Origin: a virus
Lineage: Duplodnaviria; Caudoviricetes
Strand: one strand, 5' to 3'
Virus record (IMG/VR): IMGVR_UViG_3300047545_000639
Location: 1-36,634 of that record
Length of the DNA: 36,634 bases
Part shown: positions 8,186 through 16,646 of the stretch, one piece after another
How the letters are laid out: each line of letters begins with the position of its first letter
How positions within the stretch are numbered: the first letter of the stretch is position 1
Notes under the pieces: model-generated
Seen by the model: only the letters and a program-made list of their open reading frames with translations
Database searches by the model: none
What the model was told of the DNA's origin: nothing
Program-made: the position numbers and the translations under genes

Positions 8186-8373
8186 GAGACGCCACTAAAT
8201 TAACTGGGGCCACCATGATCAAAGGGGAAACTGAATTCCAACTCGGGGATGTTTACCTGGCACCCAATGGTGAATTCTATATGGAAGTGAAAAGAGACGG
8301 CGCCACCTGTAATACGCAGGTGAATTCTATTAAAGCCGACTTGAATTCTGGAAAAGCTAAGCTAAAAGTATAA
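8182..8373 (+). CDS. hypothetical protein
   Basis: ATGA-coupled 63-aa ORF followed by a terminator. Confidence 0.55.
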   Translation: MRDATKLTGATMIKGETEFQLGDVYLAPNGEFYMEVKRDGATCNTQVNSIKADLNSGKAKLKV

Positions 8374-8557
8374 AAAAGTTTAATTGAATACAAATAATAA
8401 CCTCAGATGAATTCTGGGGTTTTCTTTTTTATGGCGCCGAATGAATTCTGGATCAGATATGAATTCTAAACCAAGGGTGCCATTTGAATTCTGGAAGTTT
8501 TTTGGGGGTTGCCTCTGGGTGAATTTGAATTCTGGATCAGATCTGGATTTGAATTCT
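8232..8557. repeat. dense TGAATTC cluster
   Basis: GAATTC at 8233, 8272, 8322, 8343, 8409, 8443, 8461, 8486, 8527 and 8551. Confidence 0.9.
8399..8430 (+). terminator. intrinsic terminator
   Basis: AACCTCAGA-TGAAT-TCTGGGGTT hairpin plus T tract. Confidence 0.65.
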
Positions 8558-8697
8558 GTTTTTTTAAGAATCAGGGGTGAATCCTGTGAACTCACCCCCA
8601 ATATCTCAAATCAAATCAAAACAACATGCATTAATCATGTAGGCAATATAATAGTAGGGATAAAAAATGAAAAAAGCAAGTGCTTTTTTAACTTTTT

Positions 8698-9048
8698 TTA
8701 CAAAGTTGAATTTAATTCTTTTTTAATGTAATTCACCCCGTCTTTGAATCCTTCTTCATAGATCCCCTTCTCATATGTATTCAGTGCGGATGGTGCTGAA
8801 GCCAGAGCTTTCTGGGCCACCGTGCTCGCGGGGATGTCCGCGGCGTCCACCAGAAGATCTTTTTTATGTTTTGTCACCCTAAATAGGTGGCTCCACATGG
8901 CCGTGGATGTAATCCAGATCGCCAGGTTAATATTCTGGTGCCTTTCTGATCCTTCAGAAACCACCGCCATGGTGATCGCGCCAATCAATGACAAACCATA
9001 GATCCCCATCAGGATCAGGTCGCCTGTGTTATAAACTTTTCTCTTCAT
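8698..9048 (-). CDS. membrane protein (2 TM)
   Basis: Two hydrophobic segments in the N-terminal half. Confidence 0.7.
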   Translation of the reverse strand: MKRKVYNTGDLILMGIYGLSLIGAITMAVVSEGSERHQNINLAIWITSTAMWSHLFRVTKHKKDLLVDAADIPASTVAQKALASAPSALNTYEKGIYEEGFKDGVNYIKKELNSTL

Positions 9049-9286
9049 TCTGTTTTTTAATTTGTCGTATATGTGCTTTTAAATTATTGATCATGTCTTC
9101 CATGTCCTCTATGGTGATCTCCACCGCAAACTTCGGAGTCTCCACCATCTCTTCCTGTTCCTGTTTAACATTACCAGTGGTGAATACTGTGCGGCTGGTG
9201 CCGTCATCAATTATCCTGGTGTCTAGATCAAAATACTGACTCCTGGATTTCAGGAATCTCTTATGGTTCATAAAATGAGTTATCAT
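9029..9286 (-). CDS. hypothetical protein (start 9286 or 9271)
   Basis: ORF with a coiled-coil-like C-terminus. Confidence 0.6.
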   Translation of the reverse strand: MITHFMNHKRFLKSRSQYFDLDTRIIDDGTSRTVFTTGNVKQEQEEMVETPKFAVEITIEDMEDMINNLKAHIRQIKKQNEEKSL

Positions 9287-9349
9287 ATTTATAATACTAG
9301 CAAAAAAAAGTGGGGAAGTCAAGTCCCCACCTTCTCTTATGTGAACAAT

Positions 9350-9565
9350 TTATTTACTCAGGGTGATATAACTGATCCAGTATCCACCCAGGTCGATCTC
9401 CTGGTCATTGCACAGGTCCATGAACTCGGTGAGCGCCAACACTGCGGCGCCCCTCGATCTTAATTCATTAACCTGGATCTGGTCCATGGTGTTATTTTCC
9501 AGGTGCTCGGCGTCTCTTCGTCTATCAAACTTATCGATCGGCAGCATTACAATCATTTTCTCCAT
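9350..9565 (-). CDS. hypothetical protein
   Basis: 71 aa; followed by hairpin GTGGGGA/TCCCCAC plus T tract on the minus strand. Confidence 0.7.
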   Translation of the reverse strand: MEKMIVMLPIDKFDRRRDAEHLENNTMDQIQVNELRSRGAAVLALTEFMDLCNDQEIDLGGYWISYITLSK

Positions 9566-9568
9566 AGC

Positions 9569-10303
9569 TTACAATTGAATTACGAAACCTGAATTATCTT
9601 TTCTAGCTTTACCCTTTGCTTTCAGGCCAACGATCACTCCATTGCCATGTAAGAAAGTTAAGTCGTGCTCATCGCCATTGATAACTGGAAAGCCCATGTA
9701 TTCAGTTGGCAGCTCGCTTTCATCCTTTACATTGAATACCATTGCAACATTCAAACCTGAACTCAAAGCTGTGACGGCGTTAATCTTTGTTACAGGTCTT
9801 TCGTCAACGCTGTAGGTTAAGTGGTAGTTAGGTGCCTGTGTCTTCAACATTCTAGAGAAGTCCTTTGTATAGTCGTAGAACTGGACGTCTGGGAATAACT
9901 CCATGATGTTTTTGTTATCCTTAATCTTAATATTCTCATATGGAATATCTGATGTGCCATTTAAACGAACGGCCAAAGCTTTGCCATGTTTTTTGTAACC
10001 CTTGGCAACTTCTTTGTATACCTGCTCGAGGAACAAAGCTTTCTCACGTAGAAAGTATTCAGTCTTATTCAGACGGCCTGTCATTACATTACTGAATGCT
10101 CCCCTGCCAGCTGTGAATAAACACGCAGCCTTGCAACCTTCACTGGCATGTGCACAAAGGTTTTTACCAGAGGTGTTTTGTTTTTCAGGTGACATGTACA
10201 GGATAAATGTAGTGTAACCCAATTTCTCGCCCTTAATAGTCTTGGCGTTTTGTGTACCGAACAACTTCGTTGGACGTTTGTACTTGTAAGATAAGTCGAA
10301 CAT
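9569..10303 (-). CDS. Gp88-like protein (radical-SAM-like Fe-S fold)
   Basis: C-x6-C-x3-C (CAHASEGCKAAC), RLNGTSDI, FYDYTK, NYHLT.S, GD.HDL.F and GLKAKG motifs. Confidence 0.8.
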   Translation of the reverse strand: MFDLSYKYKRPTKLFGTQNAKTIKGEKLGYTTFILYMSPEKQNTSGKNLCAHASEGCKAACLFTAGRGAFSNVMTGRLNKTEYFLREKALFLEQVYKEVAKGYKKHGKALAVRLNGTSDIPYENIKIKDNKNIMELFPDVQFYDYTKDFSRMLKTQAPNYHLTYSVDERPVTKINAVTALSSGLNVAMVFNVKDESELPTEYMGFPVINGDEHDLTFLHGNGVIVGLKAKGKARKDNSGFVIQL

Positions 10304-10471
10304 AATTACTGTGTTATTTGATTTGAAGTACAAATATAATGTAAATGTTTTTCCTGTGCAACTTTTTTATCGATTATTTTTTATAAAAAATTTTATTGCA
10401 TTTTTTTAATAAAAAATTTGGTTGGTAAATAAATTGTGCTTATCTTTGTACCAACAATAAAGATAGGGACT

Positions 10472-10720
10472 ATGATTAAAATGAATTCTTTGCTGTTGGG
10501 GCTATCTGTATTCTTGCTCGGATCCTGTTATGAATCCGTCAAGGGTGAGGAAGTCAAACATAAAATTGTAAAAAAGTTTAAGGTTACTCCAGTGAGTATC
10601 CATGATGAAGTTTCACCCAGGTATCGCGGCGTACTGGAAAACGGGGACACCGTTCCAGTCGGTGAGAATACCAGAGTAGGTGACACGGTGAGCTACATCT
10701 ATTATGAACTGATCCAGTAG
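10472..10720 (+). CDS. putative lipoprotein
   Basis: LGSC lipobox; own promoter at 10418-10448; hairpin near 10781-10806. Confidence 0.7.
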   Translation: MIKMNSLLLGLSVFLLGSCYESVKGEEVKHKIVKKFKVTPVSIHDEVSPRYRGVLENGDTVPVGENTRVGDTVSYIYYELIQ

Positions 10721-10809
10721 ATGAAGTAGCTGTGAAAGATGCATGTTTTGTTCATGCTGTGTTTATTTGATTTATTGCAACGGGCCTGCTGAGAAGCGGG
10801 CCTTTTGTA

Positions 10810-11229
10810 TTATTTGAATTCTGGCAGCTCCAGGTTCCTGCAATACATAATAACTTCCTGGTGTTCCAGTATAAGCTCCTGTTTAATCTTATCCAGTTCC
10901 GCCTGGGCTGCTTCCTTTGTCTGGAAGTAACTGGACATGCGCTGTGAATTCTGGTGAATCCAGGTAAGCTCACAGTGAATCCTTCTCACCTGCTCTTTGA
11001 TCCTGAGTACCAGGTAAACTGGAATGAATAGATCCTTCACCTGGGCTGGTGATCCATGCAGCTTATGTTTTGTAATAAAGTTTAACGCGGCCTGGTAATC
11101 TGTAAAAAACTTTGATCTGGACATCTGGACTTCCCAGACAGGATCACCAGAAGCTTTAAGCTCCACCAGTACCCTTCCAGATCCAGAGGCCACGATCCAG
11201 TTCTCACCATCCTGTAAAGAAAAATCCAT
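10810..11229 (-). CDS. hypothetical protein
   Basis: 139-aa ORF whose DNA is saturated with CCAG/CTGG. Confidence 0.6.
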   Translation of the reverse strand: MDFSLQDGENWIVASGSGRVLVELKASGDPVWEVQMSRSKFFTDYQAALNFITKHKLHGSPAQVKDLFIPVYLVLRIKEQVRRIHCELTWIHQNSQRMSSYFQTKEAAQAELDKIKQELILEHQEVIMYCRNLELPEFK

Positions 11230-11320
11230 ACCAGTAATATAACCAGTATGGATTCAAAGTAAAGTGTATTCTGGGGTTAAATCTCCCAGATAGTCGCCAG
11301 TGAATACCAGATATTTCCAG
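10821..11320. repeat. dense CCAG/CTGG zone
   Basis: About 30 copies in 500 bp by manual count. Confidence 0.85.
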
Positions 11321-11489
11321 TTTCACCCTTCTCTTCGCATAACGCGTACAGCTCATCGTCTGTAAGCTCAGTGGTATCCAGACCATGCTTCGCAAAGAAA
11401 TCATTATTAAGATGAACTCTTTCCTGCGGCAGGTAATGGTCAACAACCTTCCTGATATGCTCTTGTCCTTTTGGTGTGATTTGTAACAT
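11277..11489 (-). CDS. hypothetical protein
   Basis: 70 aa; ATG 4 nt after the promoter box. Confidence 0.7.
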   Translation of the reverse strand: MLQITPKGQEHIRKVVDHYLPQERVHLNNDFFAKHGLDTTELTDDELYALCEEKGETGNIWYSLATIWEI

Positions 11490-11512
11490 GGTATAAATAT
11501 AGGAAAGTTTTA

Positions 11513-12064
11513 TTACTTTGTCAAGGTTACTTTGCCGATTCTATATGTCCAGTAAACATCATTCATCCCAAAGAACGCGTCAGTTGAACCGTCATCGTTA
11601 TCAGTTTCGCTGAACAGCGTACCGTAATCCTCATCTTCCCAAGTTGACTGGTCGTAGCGATTAACATCACCTTCGATTGCCAGTGCGGATTCAACCATAT
11701 CATTGTAGGCGATAACAGCATTCTCCCTGTTGAAGAATGTAATAGTAGATTCGTCAACGTATTCAGAAAAATCTGCTACATAGAAATCACAGTCATCCTC
11801 AACATCCTGTGTACCGACTTTAAAGTAGCGGTCAACTTCTTCCAGTATCGCTCCCAGTTCCTCGTTGTTACCTGAATTAAACCTTACAGCCCATTCATCT
11901 TCCATCCAGTAGTCGTTATCTTCTTCCAGTCCGTCCACAGCGAATAACTCCTGTGTTCTCTTTTTGAACTCCGCCTTTGCTTCATCAACTGTTTTGAAGA
12001 AAAGAACTTCGCTGTCACTTGGTAAGTGAGTGGCGATAATTAAATAGTGAATTTGTTTTGCCAT
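11513..12064 (-). CDS. acidic hypothetical protein
   Basis: 183 aa, about one quarter D/E; own promoter. Confidence 0.8.
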   Translation of the reverse strand: MAKQIHYLIIATHLPSDSEVLFFKTVDEAKAEFKKRTQELFAVDGLEEDNDYWMEDEWAVRFNSGNNEELGAILEEVDRYFKVGTQDVEDDCDFYVADFSEYVDESTITFFNRENAVIAYNDMVESALAIEGDVNRYDQSTWEDEDYGTLFSETDNDDGSTDAFFGMNDVYWTYRIGKVTLTK

Positions 12065-12105
12065 TGTGTTATTGATTTATGATTTCAAATGTAAACATAA
12101 AAAAG

Positions 12106-12387
12106 TTACCGACCAAATTTAATTGCAAATATTTTTTTAGCCAATTCATACGCTTCCCTGACAGCTTCCATATCGTCTGGGTTCTTATACGCTTTGAATA
12201 ACATATCAATGTTACCACTCGCAGCCCCACCGATTTCCTCATCAATCCAGTTACAGAAACTACGCAGCTCATCAGCGTGGTTAATCTTTAAACTTTCCTC
12301 AACAAAGAAATAAGCTTCTGTGAAGTTCCCTGTTATTGAGGCTCCCTGTAATAAAAGTGTTTTGGCGTATACTGGTAGTGCTTTCAT
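12106..12387 (-). CDS. hypothetical protein
   Basis: Own promoter; stop codon lies inside the next promoter. Confidence 0.75.
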   Translation of the reverse strand: MKALPVYAKTLLLQGASITGNFTEAYFFVEESLKINHADELRSFCNWIDEEIGGAASGNIDMLFKAYKNPDDMEAVREAYELAKKIFAIKFGR

Positions 12388-12474
12388 TTTAATTATTTAG
12401 AATTCAAATGTAAACATAAAAAAGTTCCTGTGCAAATTTAATCACAAAAAAAATGGGGATTGCTCCCCATTCTA

Positions 12475-13074
12475 TTATTCCGCAAAGTCAGGTTTAATTT
12501 CCTCGAATCCGTCAGGAACTGAACTACCGACAGAGATTATATCCCTAGCCCACAAACCTACATAGTCATTCGAGCCTCTGAAATCTCCACCGCCTCTACC
12601 GTTACCCTCACAGGTTAACAAAGGTAGTGGGTGAATTTGCCAACCGTCACTATCTTTAGGACAGTTGTCCTTATCCACAAACTCTTTTTTGCTGTGGTTA
12701 ATCACATAGCGATGTGTTTTTCTACCCTTTTTAGGTTTAACCTTTGTGTTATCCTCACATAGGAAATACAGGTTGACATTCTCTATCGTACCTCTATCAG
12801 TTACACAGGTTTGGTCTGCTTCCTCATCCGCATAGTCACCCGCCCAAACTACTCGCTGCGGGTTATCCACTATCAGATTTTCAAACGCCTTTACAAAAGG
12901 GTTCTTCATCCATGAATGCTCCATTAGTTTAAGCCCACTACCCGATGTGAATTTAGACCCGTCATCCCTAGTATAGGTTGTTTTGATTTCGTGAGAGTAC
13001 ACCCACGCTTTCACCTTTTCAGGTTCTCCTTGTTTTGCCTCGTCTAAAACGATTGGCTTGTAATACTGTCCCAT
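12475..13074 (-). CDS. conserved phage hypothetical protein
   Basis: MGQYY...GLKLMEHSW...WAGDYAD...HPLPLLT.EGNGRGGGD...G.WARD motifs; promoter and terminator. Confidence 0.85.
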   Translation of the reverse strand: MGQYYKPIVLDEAKQGEPEKVKAWVYSHEIKTTYTRDDGSKFTSGSGLKLMEHSWMKNPFVKAFENLIVDNPQRVVWAGDYADEEADQTCVTDRGTIENVNLYFLCEDNTKVKPKKGRKTHRYVINHSKKEFVDKDNCPKDSDGWQIHPLPLLTCEGNGRGGGDFRGSNDYVGLWARDIISVGSSVPDGFEEIKPDFAE

Positions 13075-13213
13075 GTGTTATTTGATTTTGTTGATACAAA
13101 GATAATGTAAAATAATTTGCTGTGCAAGTTTTTCGCAAAAATAATTAAAAAAAAATGGGGGCTCTCTCCTTCCCCCATTCTCGCTATTAACACCAGAACG
13201 TTATCTGGATTTT

Positions 13214-13426
13214 TTAATTGTCCGCTGCTTCCAGTTTATCACCACAGGCAGCGCATTCGTAATCCGTCTCCTCGTATGGTGGATGCTCCTCATCGTAAGC
13301 GAAACAGTTACCACGATCGTCAGGACCATCTCCCAGATTGTTGAACATGTCCAGCGCCTCTTCCTCGGAAGGTGCACAAGCCCTGCAAAAATCTACAGGG
13401 ATTGATTCTGATGTGTAGATTCTCAT
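13214..13426 (-). CDS. small Zn-finger-like protein
   Basis: CRAC...CAAC; ATGA-coupled to the DUF932 gene. Confidence 0.7.
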   Translation of the reverse strand: MRIYTSESIPVDFCRACAPSEEEALDMFNNLGDGPDDRGNCFAYDEEHPPYEETDYECAACGDKLEAADN

Positions 13427-14232
13427 TGTGCGTATGTGTTAGCAAGTTGCCACAAACCTTCATTGATATCTAAATTCAATGTGATGTTCTTGATAGGGCG
13501 AGCCTGACGAACTTTGTTATCTGAACCTAGGTGTTTGAATTGTCCATTCACCAACTTCTCCTGTACGCGGTTGAAAACAGTCCAAAGGTTGTTAGGGGCG
13601 TCATCTGCACGCTGTGGAACAAGCAAGCCGTTAACATCAACCGACAAAGCGATTTGAGATAAGTCAGCCAAGTCGTTCTCCTTGATGTACTCGGGGTAGC
13701 GGATTGCGAAAGCTTTCATTGCGAAATCCTTGCGAGCCTCTTCGGTCATCTCTGTGCGCTCGAATGTCTTGATTGTATCGAACACCACAGGTAACTTCTC
13801 GGTGATGTCTCCAATCATCTCACGAACGTTCTCGAATGAGTATCCCATGTGACGAAGGTTCAACTTGCCGAAAGTTTTATCCGCAACCACCAAACCGTTT
13901 GAACAAATCAGGCGGAATAATCCTACGTGAAAGTTCATTGAACGAGTTCTATCGTGTGAGTTGGTGAAAAGGATTTCAGGTACGTTACCACCCACACCCA
14001 CAGCACCGAAATCTTGGTGACGGAAACGAACTAGGTGACGAGTCGTGTCAGGGCTTGTCTTCGACTTTTGTTGGCCAACGTCATGAATGTTCCATCCGAA
14101 CTTCGAAAGGTCATCGATAACATCAATTGTTGGGATGAACTGATAGTGCTTTGATGCACCTGCCTTCGCTCCTTCTTCTGCTGTGCGGAATACTGCGGGG
14201 GCTTTTGCTTTTAACTCTTCAACTGTGAACAT
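13423..14232 (-). CDS. DUF932 family protein
   Basis: Y.FIPT...H.VRF...PEIL..NSHD...G.FRL.CSNGLV...RH.G...LWTVFNRVQE motifs. Confidence 0.85.
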   Translation of the reverse strand: MFTVEELKAKAPAVFRTAEEGAKAGASKHYQFIPTIDVIDDLSKFGWNIHDVGQQKSKTSPDTTRHLVRFRHQDFGAVGVGGNVPEILFTNSHDRTRSMNFHVGLFRLICSNGLVVADKTFGKLNLRHMGYSFENVREMIGDITEKLPVVFDTIKTFERTEMTEEARKDFAMKAFAIRYPEYIKENDLADLSQIALSVDVNGLLVPQRADDAPNNLWTVFNRVQEKLVNGQFKHLGSDNKVRQARPIKNITLNLDINEGLWQLANTYAQ

Positions 14233-14295
14233 AATTTCTGATTTTTTTTTGTTGGTACAAAGATAATGTAAAATATTTTACTGCGCAAGTTTTTT

Positions 14296-14397
14296 TTATT
14301 TTTTTTTCGGTTTTTGTTTTGGGACCGCTCGCTGCTTAGGTGTTACTTTAACATATTTGTATGTTGATTTACTGATTTTTACTTTCTTTAAGGCCAT
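14296..14397 (-). CDS. Lys-rich peptide (33 aa, not in ORF track)
   Basis: MALKKVKISKSTYKYVKVTPKQRAVPKQKPKKK*. Confidence 0.4.
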   Translation of the reverse strand: MALKKVKISKSTYKYVKVTPKQRAVPKQKPKKK

Positions 14398-14427
14398 GTT
14401 ATAATATTAAAAACTGAAAAAAAAAAT

Positions 14428-14506
14428 AACCCGTCAGCTGATACACTACTCCGTAAGTAGAGGCTCTCAATTAACTCCCCACCGAAATTCGGGGTACTGA
14501 CGGGTT
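14428..14506. other. multi-branch structured element or large-loop terminator
   Basis: AACCCGTCAG/CTGACGGGTT enclosing CTACT/AGTAG and CCCC..CCGAAATTCGGGG hairpins; T tract follows on the minus strand. Confidence 0.6.
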
Positions 14507-14516
14507 TAGGGGGTCT

Positions 14517-15134
14517 TTAGTTATGCATATCCACCATCACTGCAAAGTATTGGTCTGCATTCTCAAGCGCATCCTTTGGGTCATTGGTTTGCTCATCAAT
14601 GTCATAGACATTGCTTTCGAAACAAAACTCATCGTACTTACACTCTGCGTATCGCTTGGCGTAGTACGCCGACATATCGTATTGAACATCAGGTTTCTTT
14701 ACCTCAAGCATTTTCTCCCAAAAGGTTTCCGCTTCAGCATTCATATCCTTTGACCACTCGGTTACCACACGTAGACAATTAGAAAGTGGTAGAGCATCAT
14801 CCTCATCACCATCTCTATCGTAAGAACTACGAGCATATGGGTTTGAACCCTCGCCGCCAATTTCTTCCCAAATGAGTTCAAGCGCCTGAGCTTGTTCCTG
14901 AACCATCTTGGTCGAAAGGAATTCACCCTTATCAGGATACATCTTTTTGAAGTGCGCCTCTGCTTTCAGGAAGAACTCGGATGACTTTGGGTTAAGCGTT
15001 CCACTCCAGCGGCCGCCGATTACATACCAATCCCAAACATCACCATCTCCATAACCCTCGAGGAAAGTGTTTGCGTTCTCAATAGCTTCATCCTTATCGG
15101 AAGCCTTAGTTAATAAAATTACTCCTTTGTGCAT
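14517..15134 (-). CDS. conserved phage hypothetical protein
   Basis: MH...WDWYVIGGRWSG.L...VD.H.* motif; own promoter. Confidence 0.8.
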   Translation of the reverse strand: MHKGVILLTKASDKDEAIENANTFLEGYGDGDVWDWYVIGGRWSGTLNPKSSEFFLKAEAHFKKMYPDKGEFLSTKMVQEQAQALELIWEEIGGEGSNPYARSSYDRDGDEDDALPLSNCLRVVTEWSKDMNAEAETFWEKMLEVKKPDVQYDMSAYYAKRYAECKYDEFCFESNVYDIDEQTNDPKDALENADQYFAVMVDMHN

Positions 15135-15185
15135 ACATTTAAAATTTAGAATTCAAAGATAACTATAAAAAAGTTCCTGTGCAAA

Positions 15186-15779
15186 TTAATTTTCATCTTC
15201 TTCCCACTCATCCAAATCATCGGACTCATCCAATTCTTCAGCCTCAATGAATACTACTCGGAAAGCGACATACTCGTGGTCAGGACTGTAAGTATCTTTG
15301 ATACCATAAACAACATAAGAACCATCACCAAACCCTGAGGATGATACAGCACCGTTTGGAAGCACACCCCAACTTTCAGGATTATCTAGAGTAATCTTAC
15401 AACAAGCGTGATACCATACATCTGCGTCACGGTCGCTATCGTCAGTCAGGAAGTCACCACCGAAGTCATACTTGGGCATATCCTTAACACTCGCCGCTAT
15501 ACGATAGTGGTCACGATCGAAGAAACCGAACTGGCCGCTGTCCACACCAAAGGTTCCTGAGATTTCTTTCCAAGCGCTCTCATCGATTTTGTGGTCGGCG
15601 TGGTGTATTGTTAGGTCGACATTCCGTTCTCCCCAAGCCCCAACAGTTTCAATGTTAGAGTGGGCTAACCAAGTACCTTTCCTTACATTGTTAACAATAC
15701 TCATACACCAAATGTCTGTGGTGTAACAAGGGTCACTACATACCATAACCCCTGAAGTGATTTCAAATTTTTGTGTCAT
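15186..15779 (-). CDS. DUF4241-like protein
   Basis: SDPCY, GVDSGQFGFFD and SSSGFGDGSY motifs; start MTQKF. Confidence 0.7.
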   Translation of the reverse strand: MTQKFEITSGVMVCSDPCYTTDIWCMSIVNNVRKGTWLAHSNIETVGAWGERNVDLTIHHADHKIDESAWKEISGTFGVDSGQFGFFDRDHYRIAASVKDMPKYDFGGDFLTDDSDRDADVWYHACCKITLDNPESWGVLPNGAVSSSGFGDGSYVVYGIKDTYSPDHEYVAFRVVFIEAEELDESDDLDEWEEDEN

Positions 15780-15789
15780 TTGAATTAAT

Positions 15790-16035
15790 TTAAAGTGTTG
15801 GTAAAACTCCGTTCTCGCCATAGAATAACGCACCACCCTCGTTGCCCTCATCGTCTGCCGATAAGATACAACTTGTTCCATCATTCAGGAAGAAACAAAT
15901 TGGTCGTTTGTTCCAACCCATCATTTCCATTTCCTCATCATTCAGGTATCGTGCCTCAACGATTGTCTTTCCCTGAAGAACTTTCTTTGCTTCAGTGTCC
16001 CAATACTCTTGGATGTCTTTTTGTTTTGTAGCCAT
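15790..16035 (-). CDS. hypothetical protein
   Basis: L.GKTI...RY...S.DDEGN.GGALF; own promoter. Confidence 0.8.
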   Translation of the reverse strand: MATKQKDIQEYWDTEAKKVLQGKTIVEARYLNDEEMEMMGWNKRPICFFLNDGTSCILSADDEGNEGGALFYGENGVLPTL

Positions 16036-16094
16036 TTGCTTTGTTATTTGATTTTAGAATTCAAAGATAATATAAAAAACTTTACTGTGCAAAT

Positions 16095-16466
16095 TTATTT
16101 TGAAAAATTATTTTTCCTGCATTCAGGACAAACTTTGGATTCATATAAGGTTTTATCCTGAGGGTTGTGTTCATTATCTAACATAGCTGTTTTGAGTTCA
16201 TCCTCGTTACCAATCCAACCACATTCCTCACAGTATAGATCGTACTCATCGATTACCTCGAATTCCTCTAGGTGCATTAAATCAAATCTCTCGTGAAGTT
16301 CACTAACAAGTTCCTCGTTGGTGTAGTCAGCGTAACCCTTATGACCGAATTCTAACAGGGCTGCTGCGTAAGAATCATCTCCCTGTTGGTTTCCTGTAAC
16401 AAATGAGTCGATATCATCATCAACCAATTTGTTGATTGCTTCCTGGCGTGTAAGTATCTCTGCCAT
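16095..16466 (-). CDS. hypothetical protein with a C-terminal Zn ribbon
   Basis: CEECGW.G...CPEC. Confidence 0.75.
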   Translation of the reverse strand: MAEILTRQEAINKLVDDDIDSFVTGNQQGDDSYAAALLEFGHKGYADYTNEELVSELHERFDLMHLEEFEVIDEYDLYCEECGWIGNEDELKTAMLDNEHNPQDKTLYESKVCPECRKNNFSK

Positions 16467-16639
16467 TAGTTCTCGATTGAAGTTTTACGATAGTATTCTG
16501 CTATGTTGATTAGTTCGTCAACCAACTGTTCATCGGACATCGCCGCAAATTTCTTCGCGTCCTGTACTGTTTCGATTTCATCGCCTGCCATATCAAAGAT
16601 AGCATCGATTAGTTTTTGTCGCATTGTTTCCTGTGCCAT
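16466..16639 (-). CDS. hypothetical protein (57 aa, not in ORF track)
   Basis: MAQETMRQKLIDAIFD...YYRKTSIEN*; TAATG overlap with the next gene. Confidence 0.65.
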   Translation of the reverse strand: MAQETMRQKLIDAIFDMAGDEIETVQDAKKFAAMSDEQLVDELINIAEYYRKTSIEN

Positions 16640-16646
16640 ATTGAAT

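Noticed and set aside
8380-8731. ORFs 8380-8601 (-) and 8441-8731 (+)
   Set aside because: Their EF/NS-rich translations are by-products of the GAATTC cluster and they cross terminator hairpins
14428-14506. Hammerhead ribozyme
   Set aside because: CTGATAC does not match the CUGANGA core and the GAAA is not correctly placed
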